DNA of 64,000 bases from an uncultured Candidatus Saccharibacteria bacterium (GTDB taxonomy: Bacteria; Patescibacteriota; Minisyncoccia; Phycocordibacterales; UBA9973): contig CAZSFP010000002.1 of assembly GCA_964606285.1 (NCBI GenBank), positions 43,890 to 107,889 of the forward strand. The letters run 5' to 3'. Made by a program: the position numbers and the translations under genes. Below the pieces are notes generated by a model. The model had not been told where the DNA came from. It made no database searches and saw nothing but the letters and a program-made list of their open reading frames with translations. This document shows positions 1-8,719 of this stretch, in pieces (position 1 is the stretch's first letter; each line of letters begins with the position of its first letter).

Positions 1-630
1 ATAGAACTTCCGGGAGCAGTCTTCGGACTTCCGTGGAATGCTGATCTCGTTCACCAAGTTATCGTGGGTATGGAAGCCAACAAGCGTGCAGGCACAGCGG
101 ATTCAAAAGACCGCAGTGAAGTGCGCGGTGGTGGCCGAAAACCATGGCAACAAAAAGGTACTGGTCGTGCTCGTCACGGATCTTCACGTTCTCCGATCTG
201 GAAAGGCGGCGGTGTCACACACGGTCCACTTTCTATCAAAGGATATGAACAAAAGATCAACAAAAAGATGCGTGCAAAAGCGCTTTATGTGATCCTCTCA
301 AAGAAATTGAAAACTGGAAACATGCTCTTTGTTGATGCGGTTGATCTTGCAGCTCGCAAGACTAAAGATGCGCAAGTATTGCTCTCTAGTCTCGCAAAGA
401 TCACTGGTTTCGAACGTTTGGCAAATGGTACTCGTCCACAAGGACTTGTCCTTGTACCGAACATGGACCTCGCGATAAAAAAGAGTTTCAGTAACTTGTC
501 ATCAGTTCGTGTTGTCGATGTAAAGAACGTCAGCGCGCTTGATGTTATGTCGCACAAGTACGTCATTATTACTCATCCGGAAGATTCAATCGCTTTCTTG
601 AAAGGCAAGTTGACTCCGAACGCAAAATAA
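1..630 (+). CDS. rplD: 50S ribosomal protein L4 (5'-truncated by window edge)
   Basis: Frame open from base 1 (IELPGAVFGLPWNADLVHQV...); L4 motif RSEVRGGGRKPWQQKGTGRARHGS; precedes rplW. Confidence 0.98.
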   Translation: MELPGAVFGLPWNADLVHQVIVGMEANKRAGTADSKDRSEVRGGGRKPWQQKGTGRARHGSSRSPIWKGGGVTHGPLSIKGYEQKINKKMRAKALYVILSKKLKTGNMLFVDAVDLAARKTKDAQVLLSSLAKITGFERLANGTRPQGLVLVPNMDLAIKKSFSNLSSVRVVDVKNVSALDVMSHKYVIITHPEDSIAFLKGKLTPNAK

Positions 631-634
631 TTTT

Positions 635-961
635 ATGGCACTCCTCCGAACAAAAAAGAAAGCAGCCGAAGAATCAAAAGCGGATGTAAAATCATCATCA
701 CTTATCTTGGGTCCACGCATTACTGAAAAAGCATCTATTCTCGCTGGGAAAAATATTTACACATTTACTGTTGCTTCAAACGTAACAAAAAGTGAACTTG
801 CGAAAGCAATCAAAACGCTCCACAAGGTTACTCCGATTGCGATCAACATGGTCAAAATCCCAGAACGTCGCGTCACTGTTCGCGGCAAGGTCGGTGTTGC
901 AAAAGGCGGAAAAAAAGCCTATATTACCCTGAAGAAAGGCGATACTATCGCATTTGCCTAA
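635..961 (+). CDS. rplW: 50S ribosomal protein L23
   Basis: PRITEKA...YTF.V...KKAYITLKKG; S10 operon position. Confidence 0.96.
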   Translation: MALLRTKKKAAEESKADVKSSSLILGPRITEKASILAGKNIYTFTVASNVTKSELAKAIKTLHKVTPIAINMVKIPERRVTVRGKVGVAKGGKKAYITLKKGDTIAFA

Positions 962-970
962 TATATTTTT

Positions 971-1828
971 ATGAAAACATTTCGTCCTACAACTGCATCA
1001 CGCCGACACATGTCTGTCGTCACGTACAAAAACGTGTTGACTGAAAGTGCTCCACTCAAGTCCCTCACAAAAGGATTTCGTCGTGGAACTGGCCGCAACA
1101 ACCAAGGTCGCATCACGACTCGCCACAAAGGTGGTGGTCACAAGCGAAGCTTCCGTGATATTGATTTCAAATATCATGACAAAATGGATATTCCAGCACG
1201 CGTTGCGTCTGTCGAATACGATCCAAACCGTTCAGGTTTGATCGGACTCCTCGTGTATCGTGATGGTGAAAAGCGTTATACGCTTCTCCCAAAAGACGTC
1301 AAAGTTGGCAGTGTCATCGTGACATCTGCGACTGCGCCAGTCACGTCTGGTAACCGTCTTCCACTCAAGGCAATCCCAGTCGGTACATTCGTCTACAACA
1401 TCGAGATCAAGCCACGTGGCGGTGCAAAAATCGCCCGCGCAGCAGGTATCTTTGCTCAAGTTGTCGCGCATGATAACGGTCAAGCCCTCATCAAGATGCC
1501 GTCGACAGAAATCCGCAAAGTCACTGATACGTGTTTCGCATCTGTCGGAACAGTTTCAAATGAAGAGTACAAGCTCATGAACTACGGTAAAGCCGGTCGT
1601 TCACGCCACAAGGGTATCCGTCCAACAGTTCGTGGTACTGCCATGAACCCAGTTGACCACCCATACGGTGGAGGTGAAGGTGTCCAAGGCCGAGGTCTCC
1701 GTCGCGCAAAGTCCCTCTGGGGCAAGCCGACAGGCAAAGGTCAAAAGACTCGTACACCAAAGAAATACTCAAATGTCTTCATTGTTTCTCGCCGAAAGGT
1801 TGGCAAGAATCGAAAGTCAGGAGCGTAA
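971..1828 (+). CDS. rplB: 50S ribosomal protein L2
   Basis: GRNNQGRITTRHKGGGHKR and RPTVRGTAMNPVDHPYGGGEG motifs. Confidence 0.99.
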   Translation: MKTFRPTTASRRHMSVVTYKNVLTESAPLKSLTKGFRRGTGRNNQGRITTRHKGGGHKRSFRDIDFKYHDKMDIPARVASVEYDPNRSGLIGLLVYRDGEKRYTLLPKDVKVGSVIVTSATAPVTSGNRLPLKAIPVGTFVYNIEIKPRGGAKIARAAGIFAQVVAHDNGQALIKMPSTEIRKVTDTCFASVGTVSNEEYKLMNYGKAGRSRHKGIRPTVRGTAMNPVDHPYGGGEGVQGRGLRRAKSLWGKPTGKGQKTRTPKKYSNVFIVSRRKVGKNRKSGA

Positions 1829-1840
1829 TCAAATTTTACA

Positions 1841-1877
1841 AAACAAAAATACCGGCAAAAGACCGGTATTTTTGTTT
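1841..1877 (+). terminator. Intrinsic terminator after rplB
   Basis: aaacaaaaataccgg-caaaaga-ccggtatttttgttt inverted repeat with U-rich tail. Confidence 0.75.
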
Positions 1878-1936
1878 GAAAAATAAGAACATACACACCT
1901 CTGTAAAAGGAAAAATATGGTATGAATTATTTCTCC

Positions 1937-1964
1937 TTGACTTTTATTCTCATTTTGCTAATAT
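1937..1964 (+). promoter_or_regulatory. Sigma70-type promoter for rpsS
   Basis: TTGACT-16 nt (ending TGC)-TAATAT upstream of rpsS. Confidence 0.65.
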
Positions 1965-2002
1965 CCCCATAGCTCGCTGTGAGCTATTTATTTTTAGGAC
2001 AT

Positions 2003-2347
2003 ATGACACGATCACTCAAAAAAGGCCCATATATTGACGAAAAGCTCTTGAAAAAGATTGCTGGCAAGAAACCTCTCGAAACAGGGGTTATCAAGACATG
2101 GGCACGAGCGGCGCAAATCAGTCCTGAAATGGTTGGATTCACCTTCGGTGTTCACAATGGCCGTGTCCACGTTGAAGTATTGGTCAGTGAAGACATGGTC
2201 GGTCACAGACTCGGTGAATTCTCACTCACACGCAAATTTAACCGTCACGGTGGAAAGATTCAGAAAGAACTTGATATGAAGAAAAAGGAATCTGAAATCG
2301 CCGCAGCACAAGCCGCAAAAGCAGCTCCTGCCGACAAAAAGAAATAA
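2003..2347 (+). CDS. rpsS: 30S ribosomal protein S19
   Basis: [12 protein letters not shown]...VHNG...[10 protein letters not shown]; start moved to ATG 2003. Confidence 0.98.
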   Translation: MTRSLKKGPYIDEKLLKKIAGKKPLETGVIKTWARAAQISPEMVGFTFGVHNGRVHVEVLVSEDMVGHRLGEFSLTRKFNRHGGKIQKELDMKKKESEIAAAQAAKAAPADKKK

Positions 2348-2353
2348 TTTTTT

Positions 2354-2722
2354 ATGAAAGCGTCACTCTCTAATTATCGTCAATCTCCTCGAAAAGTCCG
2401 TCTTGTTGCTGATGTCATCAAAGGCAAGTCTGTTGCTGCTGCTGATGCACAGCTCATGTTCACGACAAAGCGTGCTGCTCCTATTTTCAAAAAACTCTTG
2501 GCATCAGCTGTTGCAAATGCGATCAATGCTGGCGTGAACAAGGATGAACTCATGATTGCTGATCTCCGGGTTGATGCAGGTGTTGTGCTCAAGCGTTTCA
2601 TGCCGCGAGCTCGTGGATCTGCATATCAGATCAAAAAGCGAACGAGTCATGTTACACTCATCCTTGCCCAGAAAGCAGTTGATACAAAGAAAAGTAAAAA
2701 AGCTCCTGTAGCAAAAAAATAA
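2354..2722 (+). CDS. rplV: 50S ribosomal protein L22
   Basis: RQSPRKVRLVAD...KRFMPRARGSA...KRTSHVT. Confidence 0.98.
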   Translation: MKASLSNYRQSPRKVRLVADVIKGKSVAAADAQLMFTTKRAAPIFKKLLASAVANAINAGVNKDELMIADLRVDAGVVLKRFMPRARGSAYQIKKRTSHVTLILAQKAVDTKKSKKAPVAKK

Positions 2723-2728
2723 TTTTAT

Positions 2729-3403
2729 ATGTCAAAAATAGTTCACCCATACGCACATAGACTTGTTATCCTCCGTGATTGGAAATCACGCTGGTTTGCA
2801 ACATCAAAGAATTTCAAGAACACACTCCGCGGTGATGTCCTCATCCGTTCATTCCTTGAGAAAAAACTTCGTGGTTCATATGTTTCAAACATTGAAATCG
2901 AACGCAGTAGAAAATTCCTCCGCATCATCATTTCAACATCACGCCCAGGCATGATCATTGGTCGCAGTGGGGAAGGTGCGCAAAAGCTTCGCGAAACACT
3001 TCTCAAAATGATGGTAAAAGAAGGTATCAAGACTCAAGAAGAATTGAAAATCGATATCACTGAAGTTACATCACCAGAATCAGATGCAGCAATCGTTGCC
3101 TTCATGGTTGTTGAAGGACTTGAAAAACGTCTTCCATTCCGCCGTGTCCTCAAGCAAACAGTTGAAAAGGTTATGGCAGTCCGTGGTGTCAAAGGAGTTC
3201 GTATCGTTCTCGGAGGACGTCTTGGCGGAGCTGAAATTGCTCGTACAGAAGAGATCAAGAAAGGTTCTATCCCACTTCAGACTTTCCGTGCTGACATCGA
3301 TTTTGCTCGTGAACGTGCAAACATGGCGTATGGTGTTATCGGCGTCAAAGTATGGATTTACCGCGGTGAAATTTTTACAGACAAGAAAACAACGAAAGAA
3401 TAA
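2729..3403 (+). CDS. rpsC: 30S ribosomal protein S3
   Basis: KH domain RPGMIIGRSG; GRLGGAEIAR...PLQTFRADIDF...YGVIGVKVWIYRGE. Confidence 0.98.
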   Translation: MSKIVHPYAHRLVILRDWKSRWFATSKNFKNTLRGDVLIRSFLEKKLRGSYVSNIEIERSRKFLRIIISTSRPGMIIGRSGEGAQKLRETLLKMMVKEGIKTQEELKIDITEVTSPESDAAIVAFMVVEGLEKRLPFRRVLKQTVEKVMAVRGVKGVRIVLGGRLGGAEIARTEEIKKGSIPLQTFRADIDFARERANMAYGVIGVKVWIYRGEIFTDKKTTKE

Positions 3404-3419
3404 TATTTAATACAATTTT

Positions 3420-3848
3420 ATGTTACTTCCAAAGAAAGTTAAATATCGAAAATGGCAAAACGGACGACGAAATATGTCGAACCCTGTTCCTATGGCAACT
3501 CGCGGTACAACTGTTGCTTTTGGTTCATTTGGACTCAAAGCTGAATCTGCGGCACGTGTGACATCAAACCAGATCGAATCAGCCCGTAAGGCGATGGCTC
3601 GTACTGTAACCAAAGTTGGCCGGTCATGGATTCGTATTTTTCCAGATCGACCGTATACACAAAAAGGTGCTGGTGTAGGTATGGGAAAGGGTAAGGGTGA
3701 TCCACAAGGATACTGTGTCGAAGTCTATCCAGGACGCGTTCTCTTTGAGGTCGACGGTGTCGATGAAAAGATTGCCCGCGAAGCGCTCCGCAAGGCAGGA
3801 ACAAAGCTTCCAGTAAAATGCCGCGTCGTCGCCCGCAAGGACGCATAA
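3420..3848 (+). CDS. rplP: 50S ribosomal protein L16
   Basis: MLLPKKVKYRKWQ...WIRIFPD...MGKGKG. Confidence 0.98.
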   Translation: MLLPKKVKYRKWQNGRRNMSNPVPMATRGTTVAFGSFGLKAESAARVTSNQIESARKAMARTVTKVGRSWIRIFPDRPYTQKGAGVGMGKGKGDPQGYCVEVYPGRVLFEVDGVDEKIAREALRKAGTKLPVKCRVVARKDA

Positions 3849-3891
3849 GCTTTACAAACACTCATTTTTAGAGTAAGGTATCACACAGTCT

Positions 3892-4128
3892 ATGAATACA
3901 ACAACAAACAAAAAAATACTGAAAGGCGTCGTCGTCTCAGACAAGATGGATAAAACTGTTGTTGTCAAAGTCGACCGATACGTCAAGCACCAAAAATATC
4001 AGAAATACTACACTATTTCAAAGAAATTCAAGGCGCATGACGAAGAAAACAAGTCAAAAGTTGGCGATAAAGTCAGTATCGAAGAAACTCGTCCAATCTC
4101 AAAAGATAAGCATTTCAAAGTCATCTAA
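3892..4128 (+). CDS. rpsQ: 30S ribosomal protein S17
   Basis: [14 protein letters not shown]...KFKAHDE...ETRPISKDK. Confidence 0.98.
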   Translation: MNTTTNKKILKGVVVSDKMDKTVVVKVDRYVKHQKYQKYYTISKKFKAHDEENKSKVGDKVSIEETRPISKDKHFKVI

Positions 4129-4160
4129 CATCGTTTGTATTTAATTTTTAATTTAACTTT

Positions 4161-4532
4161 ATGATTCAAGCAGGAACAATCGTGAATATCACAGACAACG
4201 CCGGCGGTAAAGTCGGTAATGTCTTCAAGATTCTTGGTGGCTCACACCGACGCTATGCGGAACTTGGTGATCTCGTGGTTATTTCTGTGCGATCTGCTGA
4301 ACCACGCAAGGGTGTCAAAAAGAAAGATGTCCATCATGCCGTTGTTGTTCGTACACGAAATGCATTTCGTCGCAAGGACGGTTCATATATTCGATTTGAC
4401 GACAATGCTGTTGTTATTCTTGAAAAGGACAAGCAAGATCCAAAAGCTGGACGTATCTTTGGACCAATTCCACGCGAACTTGCTGAACGTGGTTATCAGA
4501 AAATCATTTCATTGGCACCAGAAGTCATCTAA
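4161..4532 (+). CDS. rplN: 50S ribosomal protein L14
   Basis: RRKDGSYIRFDDNAVV...RIFGPIPREL...ISLAPEVI. Confidence 0.98.
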   Translation: MIQAGTIVNITDNAGGKVGNVFKILGGSHRRYAELGDLVVISVRSAEPRKGVKKKDVHHAVVVRTRNAFRRKDGSYIRFDDNAVVILEKDKQDPKAGRIFGPIPRELAERGYQKIISLAPEVI

Positions 4533-4544
4533 TTTATATATTTT

Positions 4545-4811
4545 ATGAACATAAAGAAAAACGACATCGTAGTCATACTGACAGGCAAAGACAAGGGCAA
4601 ACAAGGCGCGGTTGTTCGTTCATTGCCAAAGATGAATAAGGTTATCGTCGAAGGATTGAACATGACAAAGAAACACCAAAAACCTCGCACTCGATCTGAG
4701 AAAGGGAAGACTGTGTCAGTTGCAATGCCGATTCATGCGTCAAATGTCCGCCTTGCTGATAAAACTGCAAAAGCCGCTCCAAAAAAGAAAAAGGCAGCAG
4801 TAAAAAAATAA
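4545..4811 (+). CDS. rplX: 50S ribosomal protein L24 (short form with Lys-rich tail)
   Basis: KOW motif [18 protein letters not shown]; PIHASNV. Confidence 0.96.
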   Translation: MNIKKNDIVVILTGKDKGKQGAVVRSLPKMNKVIVEGLNMTKKHQKPRTRSEKGKTVSVAMPIHASNVRLADKTAKAAPKKKKAAVKK

Positions 4812-4829
4812 TCCCACTTATACTATTTT

Positions 4830-5369
4830 ATGGAAACGACAAAACAAAAAGAACAAAATTCATACAAGACGCTCAAATCTGAGTTCGGTTATACGAACGC
4901 ACTTGCAGCACCACGCCTCGTCAAAGTCGTTATTTCTGTGGGAACAGGATCAATGATAAAGAAAGACAAGCACAAGAATGATTTCGTTGTTGATCGTCTC
5001 TCTCGTATTGCTGGACAGAAGCCAGCGGTGAAGAGTGCAAAACAATCAGTTGCATCATTTAAGACTCGTCAAGGCGATCCTATCGGTGTTTCTGTAACAC
5101 TTCGTGGTGCACGTATGTATTCATTCCTCGACAAGTTGCTCAACATCGCACTTCCTCGAACAAAGGACTTCCGTGGTTTGAATAGCAAGGCGATCGACAA
5201 TATCGGCAATCTCACTATCGGTATCAAAGAACACTCAATTTTCCCTGAAACATCAGATGAAGAATTAAAAGATGTTTTCGGTCTCGCAATCACACTCGTG
5301 ACAACTGCAAAGACCAAAGCTGAAGCAGCTGCTTTCTTTGATCTCCTCCAGGTTCCATTCAAGAAATAA
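4830..5369 (+). CDS. rplE: 50S ribosomal protein L5
   Basis: GQKP...VTLRGARMYSFLDKL...PRTKDFRG...IFPE. Confidence 0.98.
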   Translation: METTKQKEQNSYKTLKSEFGYTNALAAPRLVKVVISVGTGSMIKKDKHKNDFVVDRLSRIAGQKPAVKSAKQSVASFKTRQGDPIGVSVTLRGARMYSFLDKLLNIALPRTKDFRGLNSKAIDNIGNLTIGIKEHSIFPETSDEELKDVFGLAITLVTTAKTKAEAAAFFDLLQVPFKK

Positions 5370-5376
5370 ATTTTAT

Positions 5377-5414
5377 AAAACACAAAAGCCGCTCTAGAGC
5401 GGCTTTTGTGTTTT
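5377..5414 (+). terminator. Terminator hairpin after rplE
   Basis: Perfect inverted repeat aaaacacaaaagccgctc-ta-gagcggcttttgtgtttt. Confidence 0.8.
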
Positions 5415-5473
5415 ATTTGCTATTTCAAAAATATATGGTATATTATCTTAAAATAAATCTTTATATATCTCCT

Positions 5474-5866
5474 ATGAAAGGACATGCGCCACACCTGAGA
5501 GTCTCTGTTGACTCATTGTATCTTTTAAAAAAGAAAAATTGGGAATACCTTGACTCTCTTGAAAATATTGTATTTATTCGATCTATTCGTGATGAAGTTG
5601 TTGTTCACTGTAGAGATTTAAAAAAAGTTATTGCGTTTATGACAATGAAAAATCTTGTTATATTATTACCAAAGCAAAAATTTATACGCATTCACCGGCA
5701 ATATATAGTGAATCTTGAATTTGTGAAAGAATACAACAAAAATACTTTGTACATGAAAAACGGAAAAACTTTTCCTGTAGGCAAGGTGTATAGAACAGCC
5801 ACCATAAAAGTCGTTCCCCGAAAGAAGACAGAGAAAAAAGCACAGGTATTACAAATGGCAGCCTGA
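5474..5866 (+). CDS. Stand-alone LytTR-family DNA-binding protein
   Basis: LytTR signature FIRIHRQYIVNL...PVGKVYR; no receiver domain; AT-rich; own terminator at ~5885-5912. Confidence 0.8.
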   Translation: MKGHAPHLRVSVDSLYLLKKKNWEYLDSLENIVFIRSIRDEVVVHCRDLKKVIAFMTMKNLVILLPKQKFIRIHRQYIVNLEFVKEYNKNTLYMKNGKTFPVGKVYRTATIKVVPRKKTEKKAQVLQMAA

Positions 5867-5970
5867 TGTCTTGTTGTCTCACTTAAAATCCCGCACAAAA
5901 TGCCGGGATTTTTTCATTTCATATATATTATTAATATGTAGACTATTCTTCGTTGTGAATAGGGTATCAG

Positions 5971-5998
5971 TTGACATTTTTTCTCGTTCTGCTAAGAT
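5971..5998 (+). promoter_or_regulatory. Sigma70-type promoter for rpsN-rpsH-...
   Basis: TTGACA-16 nt (ending TGC)-TAAGAT. Confidence 0.7.
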
Positions 5999-6109
5999 GG
6001 GCGGGTTGTGATTTTCACGACATATATCGGTCAATCCATCGTCCTTTGCCTGGTTTCAAATGAAAGCAGACAAAATATGATGAGATATTGCCGATAAATA
6101 CTACACAGT

Positions 6110-6295
6110 ATGGCAAAAACATCCACAGTTGCGCGATCGCAAAAAAAACCAAAATTCAGTACACGGGCAAAAAACCGCTGTTTTCGTTGTGGTCGTGGCC
6201 GAGGATACATGGGTGATTTCGGTATCTGCCGTATCTGTTTCCGAGAACTTGCCAATGATGGCTTGATCCCAGGAGTTCGAAAATCAAGTTGGTAA
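6110..6295 (+). CDS. rpsN: 30S ribosomal protein S14, zinc-binding (type Z)
   Basis: 61 aa, NRCFRCGR...CRICFRELA...PGVRKSSW. Confidence 0.97.
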   Translation: MAKTSTVARSQKKPKFSTRAKNRCFRCGRGRGYMGDFGICRICFRELANDGLIPGVRKSSW

Positions 6296-6386
6296 ATAAC
6301 ACAAGTAAAAGGTTCAGGGTGTCAGGGAATAGTCATACGAATGCATTCACTACAACCTAAAACCTCTTACCTATAACCTAAACACA

Positions 6387-6773
6387 ATGGATCCAATAGC
6401 AGACATGTTGAATATGATAAAGAATGCAGGCCGCGGCACAAAGGACGTTGTTGTCGTTCCTTTTTCTACGGTCAAACAATCCATCGCGAACTGCCTCCTC
6501 AAAGAAGGATATATCGCTGGTGCGGCAAAGAAGACACGAGATGAACACCCTGTCCTTGAACTCTCAGTACTCCGTGTCAATGGCGAGCCAAAGATCAATG
6601 ACATCGTTCGTGTATCCAAGCCGTCACGTCGTGTGTACTATGCAATGAAAGACATTCGTCCGATCCGTTATGGTCATGGTCGTGTTTTTCTTTCAACACC
6701 GAAAGGTATCATGACAGGTGAACAAGCCCGCAAAGAACAGGTCGGCGGCGAAGTGCTTTTCAAAATCTGGTAA
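6387..6773 (+). CDS. rpsH: 30S ribosomal protein S8
   Basis: DPIADML...RVSKPSRRVY...STPKGIMTG...GGEVL. Confidence 0.98.
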   Translation: MDPIADMLNMIKNAGRGTKDVVVVPFSTVKQSIANCLLKEGYIAGAAKKTRDEHPVLELSVLRVNGEPKINDIVRVSKPSRRVYYAMKDIRPIRYGHGRVFLSTPKGIMTGEQARKEQVGGEVLFKIW

Positions 6774-6786
6774 TTTATATACTTTT

Positions 6787-7320
6787 ATGTCACGAATCGG
6801 AAAACAAATCATCTCTATACCAGCAGGCGTCACCGTTACAAAAGACGGCATGATTCTTTCTGTGAAAGGTCCAAAGGGAACATTGTCTCGATCATTTTTT
6901 GATTCAATCGCTATCACGATCGCCGACAACACTGTGACATTTGCTCCAGTAAAACTCACTGTCGAATCAAATGCTCTCTGGGGAACATACGCCGCTCATG
7001 TCAAAAATATGATCACTGGCGTCACTGAAGGATTTTCAAAGAAACTTATTCTCGAAGGAGTCGGATACAAATCTGAAGTCAAAGGAAAAGACCTCAATCT
7101 CGCTCTCGGTTTCTCTCATCCTGTTGTTGTTGCAATTCCAGAAAATCTCACAGTGACTGCTGAAAAGAATGTTATTACGTTTTCAGGTATGGACAAGGAG
7201 TCAGTCGGACAATTCGCAGCAAAGATTCGTGCAATGAAGAAACCAGAACCATACAAAGGGAAAGGTTTTCATTATGACGATGAAACAGTTCGCCGAAAAC
7301 AAGGTAAGAAGGCTGCATAA
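6787..7320 (+). CDS. rplF: 50S ribosomal protein L6
   Basis: MSRIGKQII...KGPKG...PEPYKGKG; start at ATG 6787. Confidence 0.98.
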   Translation: MSRIGKQIISIPAGVTVTKDGMILSVKGPKGTLSRSFFDSIAITIADNTVTFAPVKLTVESNALWGTYAAHVKNMITGVTEGFSKKLILEGVGYKSEVKGKDLNLALGFSHPVVVAIPENLTVTAEKNVITFSGMDKESVGQFAAKIRAMKKPEPYKGKGFHYDDETVRRKQGKKAA

Positions 7321-7331
7321 AAAATCATTTT

Positions 7332-7676
7332 ATGAATACAACACTACTACAAAAAAGACTCCGTTTGAAGAAAAAGATACGAACAAAAGTATTTGGTACT
7401 GCAGACTGCCCTCGACTCTCTGTATTTCGATCAAATGCGCATATTTACGCACAACTTATTGATGATACAAAAGGTGTAACACTCGCATCAGCAAGTGATA
7501 TGAGTATGAAGAAAGGAACAAAAAAAGAACATGCTGCACATGTTGGAAAGACTGTTGCCGAAGAAGCAAAAAAGTTGGGTATTGCGAAAATCGTCTTTGA
7601 TCGCAACGGTTTCCGTTATACTGGACGAGTTGCACTCCTTGCAGCCGCTGCACGAGATAACGGACTTACATTTTAA
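7332..7676 (+). CDS. rplR: 50S ribosomal protein L18
   Basis: [19 protein letters not shown]...[12 protein letters not shown]. Confidence 0.98.
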   Translation: MNTTLLQKRLRLKKKIRTKVFGTADCPRLSVFRSNAHIYAQLIDDTKGVTLASASDMSMKKGTKKEHAAHVGKTVAEEAKKLGIAKIVFDRNGFRYTGRVALLAAAARDNGLTF

Positions 7677-7681
7677 TTTTT

Positions 7682-8272
7682 ATGGAACCACAAACACCTA
7701 CAACTCAATCAGCAGCACCGGCACGACGCCCAAGCACAGGAGCCCCACGACCAATGGGATCTTCAGGATCACGTCCAAGTGGTCGCCGATCTTTTGCTGA
7801 TCGTCCAAAATCTGAATTTGATCAAAAGATCATTGCAATCCGCCGTGTTACTCGCGTCGTCTCTGGTGGTCGCCGTATGAGTTTTGCTGTTGCAATGCTT
7901 ATCGGTGATAAAAAAGGTGCGATTGGATTGGGAACAGGTAAGGCAGCTGATACATCTCTTGCAATCCAGAAAGCACTCAAGGCTGCGCAAAAGCACATGA
8001 TCAAAGTTTCTATCACAAAGAACGGTTCTATTGCGCACAATGTGTCTGCAAAATACTCAAGCTCTATGATCATGATCATGCCGAACAAAAACCGCGGTTT
8101 GGTTGCAGGTTCTGCAATCCGAGACATTCTCGTCCTCGCTGGTGTCAAACATGCGACATCAAAAGTCCTTTCAGGTAGCAAGAACAAATTGAATATGGCA
8201 AAGGCTGTTCTCAAGGCACTCGAAGCGATTTCAACACCACATCGTCCAACTGGTACACCAGCTGTTCAATAA
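7682..8272 (+). CDS. rpsE: 30S ribosomal protein S5
   Basis: RRVTRVVSGGRRMSF...GLGTGKA; disordered N-terminal extension. Confidence 0.97.
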   Translation: MEPQTPTTQSAAPARRPSTGAPRPMGSSGSRPSGRRSFADRPKSEFDQKIIAIRRVTRVVSGGRRMSFAVAMLIGDKKGAIGLGTGKAADTSLAIQKALKAAQKHMIKVSITKNGSIAHNVSAKYSSSMIMIMPNKNRGLVAGSAIRDILVLAGVKHATSKVLSGSKNKLNMAKAVLKALEAISTPHRPTGTPAVQ

Positions 8273-8281
8273 TATTTTTTT

Positions 8282-8713
8282 ATGCAAAAAAACGAATTAC
8301 AATCAAAGACAAAGCGTGTATTCAAAAAGACTGTCGGTCGCGGTGGCAAACGCGGCAAGACTTCTGGTCGTGGCACAAAAGGGCAGTCTGCTCGTGCTGG
8401 TAATAAAAAGCGTCCACAAATGCGCGATATCATCAAGAAGCTCCCAAAGAACCGTGGGTATCGTTTTAAATCTTTTGCAATCAAGCCCGCATCAGTAACA
8501 CTTGCGGCTATCGAAAAAGCATTTGATGCAAAAGCGATCGTCTCTCCACAGACACTTCTCGAAAAAGGCCTCGTCCGTCTCGTCGGTGGTCATCTTCCTG
8601 TCGTCAAAATTCTCGCAACAGGCACTCTCACAAAATCTCTCACGATTCAAAACGTTGTTGTTTCTAAATCCGCAAAAGACGCTATCGAAAAAGCAGGTGG
8701 TGCGGTACAATAG
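8282..8713 (+). CDS. rplO: 50S ribosomal protein L15
   Basis: VGRGGKRGKTSGRGTKGQSARAG...IEKAGG. Confidence 0.97.
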   Translation: MQKNELQSKTKRVFKKTVGRGGKRGKTSGRGTKGQSARAGNKKRPQMRDIIKKLPKNRGYRFKSFAIKPASVTLAAIEKAFDAKAIVSPQTLLEKGLVRLVGGHLPVVKILATGTLTKSLTIQNVVVSKSAKDAIEKAGGAVQ

Positions 8714-8719
8714 ACCAAT

